A DNA stretch of 64,000 bases, taken from positions 2,433,061 to 2,497,060 of the forward strand of contig MU058423.1 in assembly GCA_013265495.1 (NCBI GenBank), read 5' to 3'. The DNA comes from Vicugna vicugna. Taxonomy: Eukaryota. The position numbers and the translations under genes were made by a program. The notes under the pieces are model-generated. The model was given only the letters and a program-made list of their open reading frames with translations, made no database searches and was not told where the DNA came from. Of this stretch, positions 12,946-26,649 are shown piece by piece; within the stretch, counting starts at the first letter, position 1, and each line of letters opens with the position of its first letter.

Positions 12946-14222
12946 CCGGGCACGCAGCTGACATTGTCTTCTTTTCATGACTATTACAACTGTGCCCAGA
13001 GCCCTCTCTCTCTCTGCACAATGGCAAATCTTAAGGAAAAACTGATTGCACCGGTTGCAGAAGAAGAGGCAACAGTCTCAGACAATAAAATCATTGTAGT
13101 GGGTACTGGACACATTGGTATGGCACATGCCATCAGTGTTCTGGAAAACTCCTTGGTGTGGAACATGCCCTTGTGGGTGTTTTGGAAGTTAAACTCAAAG
13201 TAGAAATGATGCATCTGCAGCCTGGGAGCTTATTTCTTCAGACACCTAAACTGTGGCAGAGAAAGATTACTCAGTGATTGCAATTCTGAGATTGTGATGG
13301 TAACTGCAGGAGTCCACCAGCGAGCGGGAGACAGTCATCTCAGCCTGGTGCAGAGGAATGTTGTCTCTGAATTCACTGTTCCTCAGATCATCAAGTACAG
13401 CTCCAACTGCATCATAATTGTGGTTTCCAACCCAGTGGGTGTTCTCACATATGTTACCTGGAATATAAGTGGATTACTCCAGCATCACATGATTGGAAGT
13501 GGGTATAAAATGTGGATTCTGTTAGATGTCACTATTTCACGGATGAAATCTTGGCATTTGTGCCAGCAGCTGCCATGGATGGATTTGTGGAGAACATGGT
13601 GACTCAGGTGTGGCTGTTTGGAGTGGAATATATGTGGCAGGTGTTTCTCTTCCGGGAGCTGGATCCAGAAATAGGAAAGAACAACAATAGTGAAAATTGG
13701 AAAGAAGTGTGTAATTTGGTGGTTGAAAAGTGCCTATGAAACCATCAAGCTAAAAGTTTACGTCAACTGGTCTATTGGATGAAATGTGCCTGATCTCATT
13801 GAATGCTTGTTGAAAATTCTATCCAGGATTCATCCAGTGTCAACGGTGGTGAAGGGAAGGCGTGGCATTGAGAACAAAGTCCTCCTGAGCCTTCTGTGTA
13901 TCCTGAAGGCTCAGGGATTACCCAGGGTTATCAACCAGAAGCTGAAGGCTGATGAGATTGCTCAACTCAAGAAAAGTGCAGATACCCTGGGGGACATCCA
14001 GAAGGAGTGAAAAGACCTGTGACTTCCGGGTTCTAGGCTGTAGAAATTTAAGAACTGCAATGGGATTAACCGTGAGCCTTCAGTTTGCATCCATGTATAT
14101 GGATCACAGTTTGCTTTTATCTCCCTAGATCTGTAAATTTGGGCTCACAGACTCAAAGCCTGTGCTTTGTTTAATGCTTGCAATATAAGCCTTTGAACAA
14201 ATAAAAATAACTGTTGTAAAAA
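12946..14222 (+). pseudogene. LDHB: Processed (retro) pseudogene of lactate dehydrogenase B
   Basis: Intronless. Former CDS 13021-14022 gives [28 protein letters not shown]..., [20 protein letters not shown]..., IIVVSNPV..., [12 protein letters not shown]...[14 protein letters not shown] across several frames (frameshifts; premature TGA at 14008-14010). Carries UTR-like flanks, AATAAA at 14200-14205, a short A-tail and an imperfect TSD (AGAAAGAGAGGAGG 12932-12945 / AGAAAGAGGAGGAGG 14223-14237). Confidence 0.95.
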
Positions 14223-17200
14223 AGAAAGAGGAGGAGGGAGGGAGAGAGGGAGGCAGGAAAGAAAGGGTGGAGGCTGGGGGCTTGGGCGGTTCTGGACTTT
14301 AGTCCTGCTTCTGTCTCTGCCAACCTTCACCCACTTGAGCTGCCACTTACGGCCAAACGGTCCGAACTGCGCTGCACAAGGGGGTTGGGAGGATATAAGG
14401 TGCAGGCACGCACAGAACGGGAGGTTCCTGCACCTGCCTTCCTCCTCTTCCCAGTCAGACCCACACTCTGGCCCCTGTACCAAGGAGGAGACGGGGTTGT
14501 GACGGCCTTGGGCACCTGGTGACCGAAAGTTCTGCCAGGCCTTGGGCGTGTGGCTGCCACAGCAAAAGCTCTCGGGCATATAACAAAGCAAGCTTGGCTC
14601 GTGGTGGGTGCTGGTGACGTTCGATGACCTAAAACAATGAAACCCATAATCAGAGGGCGCTCCGACTTGGCTGCTGTGGGTTTCATTGCCCACGCACGAG
14701 TCACAGTCATCTTGCTCGGAGTGTGCATCGGCCGTTAGCCCTCAAGTTCTGTTGCTAAGAGATTATGAACCAAACGATGTTTCCAAAAAATAACCACTAC
14801 AGGATGTTTCAGGACAGGACCATAATAACAGCCCAAACGGAATGGGTGTGTTGTTATTGATAAATCCTTGTGAAGAGCTGAGAAACGGGCTGACTGGCAG
14901 TAGGCTGGCCATACACAGCCTTTGGAAATTACTGGGTTTGAATATAACAAAATAGACTCTGATAAAACTGGAAGGGACATAATATAATGTCTTCATGATT
15001 CTGAAAGTTCTTCAATCAACCGAGATGTGTTTGTCGGGGACCTATTATTTGCCGATTCCATGCGTGTCTGTGACTGTCTCAGCCACACTGAGTTGCAGGC
15101 AATGACTACATCTAACATAGCTGTAACCGCCCCTGTTGGGAACAGTGCCTGCGTGCCACAGCTGATTAAGCCATTTAACAGCCGTTCGCAGCCACCTCCA
15201 CTATTGCTCTGTTGCTGGGGCAACAGGAACCAGTCAACTAACAGAAGCCCACGTTAGAGCAGGACAGAGGTTCCATCAACAGGGAAGTCAGTGAACAGGG
15301 CACTTGCAAGGAACGGACTGTCACCTGGCGCCTGGAAGAGTTCTGCCCATGAGATCCTCCTGGGAAGATGCAGCCACTCTGCTGTGGGTCCTCACCAAAG
15401 GCTCCTGGCTGATCGCCAGGTGATCTCTATGAGGCAGATGAATTAGTGCAAAGTAGCTGTCATCTGTTAAGAAAGCAGATCCTGATCTCTGCCTGCCTCT
15501 TTCCTGACCAGGGAGTGAAACAGTGTGATGTCAGCCCCACCCACCTCCTCCCCTCTCGACACCCCACCAGCCCCCTCTACTTGCTAGCGCCCCTGGCTAC
15601 AGTGGCCTTCTGGTCTACTTTGCATCTCACCGGCCAAGTAATGGAGGGCAAGTTGTGTTTCTCTCTCTCATTTTACAGGTGAGGGAGCCAAGGTCAGAGG
15701 GACAGAGTGAGGTGTCAAAGTCACACAGCTAGTAAACCAAGGACAGGCTCGAGCTTTCCAGCCCCAAATCCCAAGATCCTCCCTGAGCACCGGACCCCAG
15801 GCACCCATGATGCTTTGTACAGGAAACCACCGAGTGTTGCAACGGCTCTCAGAAAGGGGTCAGTGTTTCCACGGGCCAACCCAGGTGACCCCCATGTGTG
15901 ACACCCAAGGGAGGGGGACAGAGCCACACGTAATCTGCCTTCCTCTTTTCCCCCAGGGGCAGAAGAAGAGGGTCAGAAATCTAACAAGTCACTAAGATCA
16001 CAGGCTCGGAAGCTTGTTCTGCCACTTGCTACCTGGGTGACCTCAGGCAAGTTACTTGATCTTCTGCAAAGCAGTTTCCTTTCTAAAAATTCGGAGAAGA
16101 TTAGTACCTACCTACTTCACTGGGTATTTATGAGGAGTGCATGGGATTAAACAGGTAAAAGTGGTTAGCAGGGTTTGGGGGAAATACTTGATGACTGTTA
16201 ACGGCAGCAGCAGCGGGAGCTATAACAGCGTCACCATCTTCACCACCACTATTATCCACTTCCGCTCAGGACCTGGCGTGCAAGTCGGCAGAGGGATGGC
16301 GCCAACTGGGTGCCGTTATAGTCCCCAGTGGTGACTGGCCTGTGCCATGAGGGCCTCTGGTGACTAAAGGACACATTTACCAGGGTTCCTGGTAATAGAT
16401 TCTCAGTTTTTCAGAAGCTGGGCTCAAGGAATGGAGAAGCAGCTTTGTGGGTTTCTGTGCCTATCTAAACACATGTGCTTCCAATTGGCTCTCCTGGGCT
16501 GGAATTCCCCGGTGCCTGGCCCAGGCCGGCTCCCTCCACTGCCCAGTGCCCCGACCCTGAATCATGCTGGGCTCCTGCCCTTGGCCAGCCCTGGGCGCCT
16601 CAATGGCAGGCTGCTTCTTCCTCACCATTTCTCAATTCCATCCCTTGGGTGGGAAGTGCTGGCCAGGCCAGCCCAGGGCCCCCTCCCAAGAGAGCTGTTA
16701 CTCTGAGAGTCTTAAAACCCCAGCCCAGAGAAGGGCAACTAAAGGAGGGCTGTGGGGAGGGTGGAGACGAAGGCTGAGGCAGAGGGGTCATGAATTCAGC
16801 AGCCCTGCCACTTGGCACCCACCCTCAAAGCAGCGGCCCAGTTATCCTGTGGGGTCAGGATGCTGTTTCTGCCGAGTCATCCTTTCTTGCCCAGAGGGAT
16901 CCTGGCCCAAAGCCACATTCCTAGTGGGGTCTGCATGCCGCAGAGTAGGGAAACTTCCTTTCTCACCAGCCCCCTGGCTCACCAGCCCCGCACACAGGCT
17001 GGTCTCTCAGCAGCCTCTGCCGGCAGCAAACACCCTCCACCAAGTCTATGTGTGTCATTCCCCCCACCCCCACCAGAGCTCCAGCCCACCCGAGACCCTG
17101 AGCTCCGGGAGCAAAGAGCATCCCACAGGGAGGGAGGCCATGCCTGTGCCCAGAGGGGGACTGAGGAATTGTTAAAATCTTTGCCTGCCCAGTTGGTGGG

Positions 17201-17752
17201 CCCTCCTGCACGGCACCCATTGAGAAGGAGCCTACTGCCCCAGGACATGCCTGGACAGGGACCAAATCTCAAGCCAAAGAAGTGATGAGACCATCTAAGC
17301 TTCAGCGCTGGGCCCAAGCTGTCCCCCACCCAGCAAGCCCAGCATCTCCCACTGGTGTGAAACTTCAGTGTCACCAGACGAGCAAGCCAGCCACACCTTC
17401 TGCAGAGCTCAGGTTTCAGGAACACCTTTGAGCACCTACTGTGAGCCAGGCACTGTACTAGGCACTGGCCTCACCGCAGTGGACAAGGCAGATGTGGCCA
17501 AATCCCAATGTCTCTCCAGGCCCACTGCCCTTGCCTTCACTCATGTTTTCATCACAGACTGCTTGGATTACACTCTTGGTTCCCGTCTCCCAGCTGTGTG
17601 ATCTTGAGCAAGATTCTTTACCTCTCTGGGCCTCCATTGCTTCACCTATAAAATGGGGGCAAGCTAATACCTACTCTATTGGGATATTAAGAGAGGTAAA
17701 TGAGTTAATGTATATAAAATGTTTAAGACAGTTCCTGGTACAAAGAATTCAA

Positions 17753-17773
17753 AGTGTGTGTGTGTGTGTGTGT
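17753..17773 (+). repeat. (GT)n microsatellite
   Basis: gtgtgtgtgtgtgtgtgtgt seen directly. Confidence 0.9.
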
Positions 17774-18744
17774 CCCTGACTCCTGATACTGTTTGCTCAG
17801 GCTGTCCTCTACCTGGAATGCCTTTCCCTTTTCCTGCAGAAACCTGTAATTTCAGACTTGGTAGTTTCTGCAAGGGAGACCAACAAGGAGCAGGTGTAGG
17901 TATTAGTGAGGACCACCAACGCCTGCAGGGCATCTGCCTGTTTGACGAGGGTTTTTACACAACCCTGTGAGGCAGATGAGGGGAGAGGGCTCAGGGAGGT
18001 AAGACACCTGCCCAAGGTCGAAGCTCTAGTCAGTGTAGGAACTGAGCGTGGAGCCTGGGTCTTCTGACATCAGGTAGCACTGTGCCTGCCCCTCTGCTCA
18101 GTGTGGTCTCTGGGAAACTTCACATACCCCGAGGCTATCTCCAGGATCTCAAAGCTCCTCCAAGGCTCAGTGTCCAGAGGACAGGGTCCTCCTATCCCTT
18201 CAGAGACACTGAAGTCAGTAGGCTTTGTCCTTCAGAGCCAGAGGGGGCCAAGGAAAGCCTCAGGACCGGAGATGCCAGCCTCAGGACAGGGGGTGCTGGC
18301 CTGGCAGAGCCCTAAAGAGGGCCCTGCAGGAAGAGCTCAGCCCAGGAAACTCTGAGCAACGCAGGCAGACCACAGGGCCCCCAGGCTTCCTGCCCTCTCC
18401 ACACAGGCTGCCCTGTCAACGTCAACGGGTTTGTGAAACTCTGCCGGGCGGGCAGTGGGAACTCAAGGGGCCCCAGGGTTCACTGGCTGTGGTCACCCTG
18501 TTCCTTTGCAGCCCAGGAAAAGGTGGCTTTCTAAAGACGGCCGTCCATGCTGTAATGGGATCCAGCTGCTGTGGGAGACAGGCACCTGACAGTGGCCCCA
18601 TCATGTTAGGCCCTGGGCCTCCAGACCTCAGGGCTCCTCCCTGCAGGCCCAGATCTCCTGGGCCCCCGCAGATTCAGGGAACCCCTGGACATATCTGTAG
18701 GGTGGGATCTGTGGTTGAAGGACTTTGGAGCGAGAGATAATGTG

Positions 18745-19015
18745 GGTTACAAGCCCAGTTCATAGCTTTGCTAGCTGTGTGACTTCAGGCAAGTTGGTTA
18801 ACCTCTCTGTGCCTCAGTTTCCTCACGTGTAAAATGGTGATTTAAAAAAAAGCACCTACCTTGTCAATCAATCGATCAATCAATCAATATAAAAGACTCT
18901 GGACAACTCGGAAAAAAAGCACCTACCTATTCTGAATATTAAATAGAATCATGTATGTGGACGTTTTGGCACAGTGTCTGGCCCATAGTAAGCTCTTGAA
19001 AGATAGAAGTTGTTG
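18745..19015. mobile_element. MIR (representative copy); other MIR-like cores near 3.1, 4.85, 12.5, 15.7, 16.0, 17.6, 20.6, 31.2, 34.4, 41.25 and 55.05 kb
   Basis: MIR core ctagctgtgtgacttcaggcaagttggttaacctctctgtgcctcagtttcctcacgtgtaaaatgg. Confidence 0.75.
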
Positions 19016-22000
19016 TTTTAGTAACCACTACGAGTGGCAACAGAAAATTGAGGTGCAAATACTATTGCATTTCTTTGATTTGGGAATTTTAATTAAAACC
19101 ATCCAGACCCAAACTGCTATACTTGAAGGAAGTCTATTCCTTCCTCTTGAAGCTTCCTCTCGCTTTGAATTGCCCCAGAATCCCAAGTCTTGCCTGCTCC
19201 AAAGGAGGAGGTGGAGGGTCCAGCTCCCCAAAGAGGGGCGGGAGAGCTGCGACTCTGACCAGTCCCTCTGCCTGGCGACATTATTCCCACGTCGTCAGGA
19301 GAAGAAGCTGGTCCTGTGCCACCTAGATCCCCGTGGGGCCACATAGATCTTCCAGGGGGGTGACTCCAGGTACGGCCCAGGGTGCCCTCAGTCCTGCTCC
19401 CAGAATTACTACCAACACTCCTGCTGTTCACGTCCACATGTGGCCGTTCCCAGTGCTGAGTCCGTGGGCTCCTGGCGCCGCTCCCCGCACACCAGTTTGG
19501 AGTTTAGCTCCTTTCCCTTCCTTAGGATCCCCAGTGGGGCTGGGGCCACTTTTCCTTTCCAGACCCTAAAACATAAACTATCTCATTACTCCTCTGTGTC
19601 TGCACACCTCGGCCACCCTCCATGGTTAGCCTCAGTGCTGATTCACCTGCCCACAGACCACCAAGGTGACCCTCCAACAGAACAAAGAGAAAGTGGTCTC
19701 CATGGGGCATCCTGCCAGATCACTCCTCTTCTCGGTAACTAGACAGCAGGGAGAAGCCAAAGTTGAGGTCAGGGCAGCAATGGAGCCCCTTTCTCTTTAT
19801 GCTCCAGGAGCACCAGATGTGAGAGCCTGTAACAGGGGACAAGAGGGTTGCGATCTGGTGTCCCCTTGGCATCTGGCTCCAGAGCCTGAGCTCTTGCCAA
19901 TATGTCCATGAGTGCTTGTTGACTGACTGACTGACCAACTGAGAGCCAAAAGACCTATCTGAAGGAGGGGGATGAAGCAGAGATGCTGGGTTGGACAGAG
20001 GAGGGGAAAATGGACCAGGGAAACCAGGGCAATGGGGAAGTGGATGGGTCTGCGCAGGAAGGTGGGCAACCTTGTGGGAGCAGAGGAAAGAGGATGCATT
20101 TCTCGGGCAGCCTAAGAGTGAAGGGCAGTCAGGGCGGCGCCAGGTTTACTGAAAGGCCCAGGAAGCATCTCTGGGAGATCCCTGGACTCCTCCAGGGGTG
20201 TAGTGGGGTTGGGGAGCCTGATGGCAGCACCTAGTGGAGGCAGCAACCCCAGAAGGGGAGGTGTGTGTGAACTACTCCCAGGCAAACATCAAAATTATAA
20301 CTCCTCTCTCTGAGAGGACCGCTGGGCGCGGTTCAAACTGTGACTCAGCAACGAGCATAGTGCCCCTGACAGTGTCTGGAGCTCAGGCTGCTCAAGAGAG
20401 GGGCTGCCACTGACCAGAGGCCACTCCAACATGCTCTGGGTCCGCTCAGTACCCTGTGCTAAGATGCAGGCCTCCAGAGGCCTCTGAGCCTTGAGCAGCC
20501 TGGAGCTGAGCTGGGCTCCCCTAGAAGCAGCAGATACAGGGAGCATCTGAGGGGAGCAGGAGCAACAGCCAGGGCCCACTGGACCACTGGAGTCACGGCC
20601 TTTAGAGCCCAATAACCTGGGTCCAGACGCCAGCTCTGCCACCTACCAGCCGTGTGATGCGGTACCCTCTCTGAGCCTCAGTCGTGCAAGGTATCGACAG
20701 CATGGACCTCATGGAGCTCTCTGTGAGGATTTAGCACGAAGTCTAGCCCAGGGCACATTGGATGATGGTGCCCTCACTTGGTAGGGTGCTGGTACAGGTA
20801 AGGGGGATGGGGACTTCTCCCAGCCTCATGCCTTTCTAAGAACCTACTTGGCATCTCTCCCTCCACCAGTTGGGGCTCCAGGCCCAACTGGAGGAGGCTG
20901 GGCCTTGGCCCAGGAGCACGGGAGGTTTCTCACCGTGGCAGGGAAATTGCTGGGTTGGGGGTGTGGGCAGCCACAGTGACCGGCTCTGTGCAGGACGGAT
21001 GCGGCTTTGCTGACAGAGAGTCTGCGGCCTGGACATGCCAGCGGTGCAGGTTTGAGGTCAGCAGTGGGGAGCCGGCTTCGCCGCTCCCGCCAGGGCCCCA
21101 CCAGGTCAAGGCATCTGCTTTCAATCAACTGCCCCTTGGCCCAAGGAGGGGGCAGGGGGCTGAGAGCTCTTCCCCAGGCCCAGTTTCTCACCACACACAA
21201 TGGACACTGAGGGCAAAGGCAGGGAGAAGCTCCAGGGACCCAGGACAAGGAGAAAGGATGGGAGATGAGGTTTAGCGTTAGGTTACTTTAACAAAATGCT
21301 TCGCTAGCTCCTTTTTGCAAGGCGGTGCCTAATCCAGCCTGTTGGTACCCCCCACCCACCCCTCCCCCCCCTCACACATCCTATACCTGAGGGCCCTTCC
21401 CTGCCCGCATATGGCTGACACCCTCATCCTTCAGCTTAAATCCCATTTCCTTAGGAAAACCTCTCTGACCCTCCTGCCCCGTTTGGTCCCTATTACACAG
21501 TCTCGCAGGGCACAATCCATTTTGTACATATGTATTTGTCTGTGTGGCTGCTTCACACCCACCTCCCTCTAGACTGTGAGCCCCATGCAGGTCGGCACTG
21601 TGCCTGTCTTCCTTGGGACTGCATCCTAAAATCCAGTGCATGGCCTGGCCCGGAGTAGGTGCCAATAAATACTTGTTGAATGAATGAAGGAATCATGCCT
21701 GGTAACTTTTCTAGCAGTTTCCTTCTGTAGTTTTCAATTTTTGATCTCTTCTAAGTCCCTGCAGGATAGTCAGTGGTTATGCCCATTTTATAGGCCCAGA
21801 GTCAAGGTCACAGGTGAGTTACTGGACCGTGGCTCCTAATCCAGTGCTCAACCCTCGTCTAGGAGGAGAAGGTGGGGGAGGGGGAGTGCCATGGACTCAG
21901 AGATGGGAGAGAGGGCTGGGTGAGGGCCTGAGGAGGGTGGGGGCACTGTTGGACCCCTCCAGCAGCCAGGTTCTCCCACAAATAATGGACCAGTTGACCT

Positions 22001-24372
22001 GAAGCACTCCTCATTTCCAGAGGGAGTCCAGGCAGGTGCCACCAAGGCATGTGTCTCAGCAGCCTCCCAGCTCTCACACCCCACCCCCCCTGAAATGACC
22101 ACACCATAAGGAGGAGCAGCGGGAGGGGAATGGCCACCTCCACCACCACCTCAGACTGGCCCTCAGCCGACCCCCAAGCCCCCAAGGCCTCAACTCCATG
22201 AAGAAAGCGGGCTTTGCAGTCAACCACCCTGGGGTCAAAACTAAGTTCTGAAAGATGCAGTGAGAAACTCCAGAGGAGAAGGGGGCTTACGACCAGAATC
22301 GGGGCACAATTCAGAAAAGACCCTGCGTTGGAGGCCCCGCGGAGGGCAGAGGGCAGAGGACTGGCCCAGGACTGGAAGGGTAGCCCCAGGGCCCACAGAG
22401 CCAGGAAAGGATGCCTGGGAGGGAACTGGAAAGTTAGCTGGACCTCAGCCAGGAGGTGGGGAAGGAGGCGGAAGGAGGCTTAGGAACCGGGAAAAAAAAG
22501 ACACAAGTGTGCAACTTTGAAGGCCGGAGCCCTCAGGGTGCTTGTAGGGCTCTCAACTAGGATAGAGCCCCACCTCTGGGTGTCCTCTTAGCAGCAGCGC
22601 CCAGAACACAGCCTGCTTGGAACATGTGTCCAATCAACATTCAGCAAATGAATGAATAAAGAAGAGGGAGATTTTTGTATCAGCTTCTTAGTGTCTCTGC
22701 TTCCCTGCACCCTGCCCTCCTTACAGCCATCTCCAAAATGCCACCACAGCGGGCAGGCTCTGACCTGTCACGCCCACTCGGAACCGGCAGCCCCTACCCC
22801 TACACCGCAGACAGGCATTGTACCCCCGTGGCCCCTGAGCCAAATCAGGATCACAAACCTTTCCTGTTTTTGTTTTGTTATGTGTTAAATTTGAATTATG
22901 GCTAACATCTAAAAATAAAAGTGTCCACATAAAAATCTGGGTTTCTAGCTTCTCTGAAGACTTAGTTGGGTGGCATATCAGCTGGGTCTGCTGGCCCACC
23001 TGGGGGAGAAGTCCTGCCCTCCGCAGAACAACCTCTTGCCCCGGCGTCTTCACACCCTCCCCTCCCACCCTGGCCCTGCAGACGGCTGAGTGTGCGTGAC
23101 CCCTGTCATAAGCTAAAATCCAAACTCCTCTGCCAGGCCCCCGAGAACTCGGTGATGTGACCCTTAAGATGAGCATCTCCATCTGTCTGTCCCCACTGTC
23201 TTTGTCCCCAAGATCTGGCTGCATTATGCTACCTCTAGCCCTCTGGCAGCCCAGGCTCTTTCACACCCCTGGCACAAGTGGGACCTCAGGCCACGGTGCC
23301 TGTTCCCTGTCCCCACCGTGGGGACCGACCGCACTGATGCCCACCCGGTCTTCAGTGTAGGCCCAAGGCCACTTTGGCAGTAGCGCCTCCTGCTGCCCAT
23401 CCCAGGCAGAGCAAGCAGCCCCCCTGTGCCACCATAGCCAGAGTACCCAAGCTATCCCAGCACGGGCCCCTGTTCTCTGCGTCGCACCACTGGCTGCGGG
23501 CTCAGGGGCCGTAGGAATCACATCTTATTCTCCCTTTATCTCTGGGCCCCACAGGGCCAGCCTCTGACCTAGAGTATGTCTCCAGGGCCCAGCTCGCTAC
23601 ACTCCTTGAGGAAATGAATTAAATAGAAGTCCTTGAGTTCAGAAGTGGCAGGGGCATAAAAAGATCCCACAGAAATTGGAAGGCCTTTGTCGTGGCCTTA
23701 TCAAGAGCTGCATTTTATCACATCTACCCTAATGTACACACGCTGCCCTGGCAGTGCCGGAACAGACCCTGCCCCAATCAGGCCCGTTCTAGAAAAACAA
23801 GAAAATGGGACAAATGTAATTTTTAAAGACAGATACACACAAAACCACACACACACGTACACACGTGCACACACATCCCATGTCAACTACCCTCCGGCAC
23901 CTCCTCTCTCACCGCCAGCTGAGGGCTCCATGTTCTAAGCCTTTCCTGACACCCCAAAGGACCCCCCTTTCTTCCCCCCAGAATGGCTGTGTCCTGAGTT
24001 TTCAGCCTAGGCCAACTCCTTGGACCCAGCCTGCTAAACTGATCATGGAGTTGGACAGCCCAGGCAGGGAGCTAGCGGCAGACACAAGTAGGAGGCTTGA
24101 GAACTGAAAGGAACTTCAAGACAAGCCCATGTTCTGGATGAGACCAGCCAACCTACGGTCGAACTCAGAGGGGCCTGGTGGGCAGGGCCTGGCTGAGAGA
24201 GAGCTCACCCCCCAGCCCTCCACTCAGCACTGCTCTCCGGGAGATGGAGCGGGGCATCCTGCCCGGCCCCACTGGCAGGTGTGAACCCAGCCCTGTGAGG
24301 CAGGCCTGGCTCCTCATCTGTCTGGTTCTGGCTCTGAAGCTGCCATCTTCACCACCATGTTCCCAGTGTCAC

Positions 24373-24977
24373 TGGTACCTGAAAACTGGATTCGCCTCTT
24401 GGTAGGTGTCAAACCAAAAGACACAACCAAGCCAAAGATTGGGAGAAGGAAGGATTTATTACAACTTGCCGTAAGCAAGGAGAACACCAGGGGTCTGCCC
24501 CCAACGCAGCACTTCCCCAAGAGCAAAATCGGGGAAGTTTTAAGCTAATACTACATGCATATTCACAAAGGGGCCTCAGCACAGGAGAATTCAGCATAGC
24601 ACTGGGGCAAAGGTCGACAGGGTCCACACTTGAGCTGATTGAAGTCAGGAGAGTCACCAATCATCCTTCCGTCTTCCACCTGTGCGAGGGCCTTAGTCCC
24701 TGCAGATCTCAAAGATTTGCATCAGGTTGTCATGTGTATCCTTGAGGAGGAACTGGGACTCTGTATTATTACTGAACTACTGTTTCTTGATGGCTTTTCC
24801 TTTGTTCGTGCTGTCCCTTAATTCCCTGAGGAGCATTCATTACTAAGACCTGTTCAAGGGCAAGGATTGCGGCCAAGCTTAGGTCACAAAATGGCTTAGG
24901 TCAAAAATGGCTTCCCTGTGTCAAGAAAGCCATGCCTGGTTCTTTTCCTCTGGGGACCCCTGTCTTGTCTGCTGACG
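24373..24977 (-). mobile_element. Solo ERV LTR (ERV1-like)
   Basis: ~600 bp with TG...CG(CA) termini, possible 4-bp TSD tcac/tcat, and AATAAA on the minus strand (tttatt ~24456). Starts with tggtacctgaaaactggattcgcctcttggtaggtgtcaaacc, which resembles cetartiodactyl LTRs. Confidence 0.55.
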
Positions 24978-26649
24978 TCATCCCTGGCTGTGACAGGCAT
25001 GACAGAGAACCAGAAGCTCACACACCTACCGAGCTGTGCTGTGCACGGGAGCAGCATTCAAATTCGTCGTCATGGCAGTTTTGTGTATTTATTCAGTGAG
25101 ATAATCTTCTGCAGATCAAAGTAAACTGTGTGGAAGAAGGGGCAGGGCTTTCCCACTGCCTCCTCAGAGACTCCATGGGGGCCCAGGCCTCATTGGCCAA
25201 GACAGCCCACGAGATAAGGAGGTTTAAGGAGAGTGGAGCCAGGCACTATCTGTAAGCCACCTCCTGGTCCTGTTTTCAAGAGGAAGCTGAGGCTCCAAGG
25301 GGTGAGTCACATGCCCCAGGCGCATTTCCAGGACAGAACTGGGGTAGGCCTGCCTCTGGCCCTGCCCCCTCCCAGTCCTGGGTCTGCTCGCCAGACAGAC
25401 AGCAGGGCCAAGCCCTCATGCCCTGGCAGAGGCAGGGGAACTTCTCCTCCACCTTGGCGCAGATCTCCGGGGCTGGGTGCTGGCTTCCTCAGAGCTGCCC
25501 GTCCCCCCAAGGCACTGGGAATCTGGGGCTTTGGGGTGTCAACTCCTTTCTTCTTGGCTTCCTCAGCCTCTGTCTCCTACCGCTCCCGCTACCATAGCCA
25601 ACCCCGTTAATCACCTTCCCTCGCCAATCCCCCAGGAATGTGGCGGTCTCATTAAACTCAGCCCTGGGTTAAACAAACTAACCAACCTGGAGGCTTCTAA
25701 GTCAGCTGCAAGGCTCCACCAGGTCTCTCCTCCCCTGCTCTGCCTGCCGCCCCCTCCCCTCTCCCTGCACTCAGCTCCCACTGGGATCTCAGAGCCACCC
25801 TCCCACACACATCCCAGGACTAGGAGGGAACGGTGTCACCCAGTAAAACCACCTTGAGATTGGAGGGTGGGTGAAGCCTGAAAACCATGTCCCCCTGCCC
25901 AGAGCCTCCCCTCCCCACCCCAACCTGTGCCCCCGGCTCCTCCACAGGGCACACGGGTCCATATGTGGTGTCTAGCACCCCACTCCCCAATCTTAGGCTG
26001 TGCAAACCACCTCTCATTCTGCCCAGGGCTCTACACCCACCCTCAAGGGAGCAGGACGTGGCTTTGGGGAGATTTCCTAAAGGAAGCAAAGAGGCCAGAG
26101 GGGGTGGGCCAGCTGGAAGCCTCTTCCTTCCCTCCTCCATCTCCTCCTCCAACCCCAGGACTCAGCAACAGTAAAGTTCCATTGGGTCTAGCCTGGGGGC
26201 AGGCTCAGTCCCACCTCAGGGACTTTCTGCTGAAGGGAAGAGGGACCCACACCCCTAAGTGCTGATAAACAAAGGGGAAAATATGCAAACACTCAGCCCA
26301 CTCATCAGAACAGAAGAATCCACAGCTGGACCGAGGGAGGCGCACAGGTGCAGACCACACTGCTGCTAAGGGGGCTGCAGCTCCCACGCCAGGGTCCCAG
26401 ATCCTAGGGTTCCTCAGGCCACTAAAATGTTTCAGGAAGCCAACCATTTAGCTGCAGTGAGGCTTCTGGGATTAACAAAAAGTCTAAGGCTTTGCTTTTG
26501 GCTGGAATTACATTAACTCAACGCAGACCCTGCTGATAAACATTCTGAGGGTCTGTGTACCAGAATTAGATTGAGAAAATGCAGAAAAAAATAATAACAA
26601 ACACTCTTTAACACATTTTTTCCAAACATGGAGTTTATAGCAGAGGAGA

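Noticed and set aside
13294..14010. LDH-like ORFs as a functional gene
   Set aside because: Multiple frameshifts, a premature stop, no introns and substitutions in conserved motifs (e.g. VRQQEGESRL appears as [10 protein letters not shown]) mark a pseudogene.
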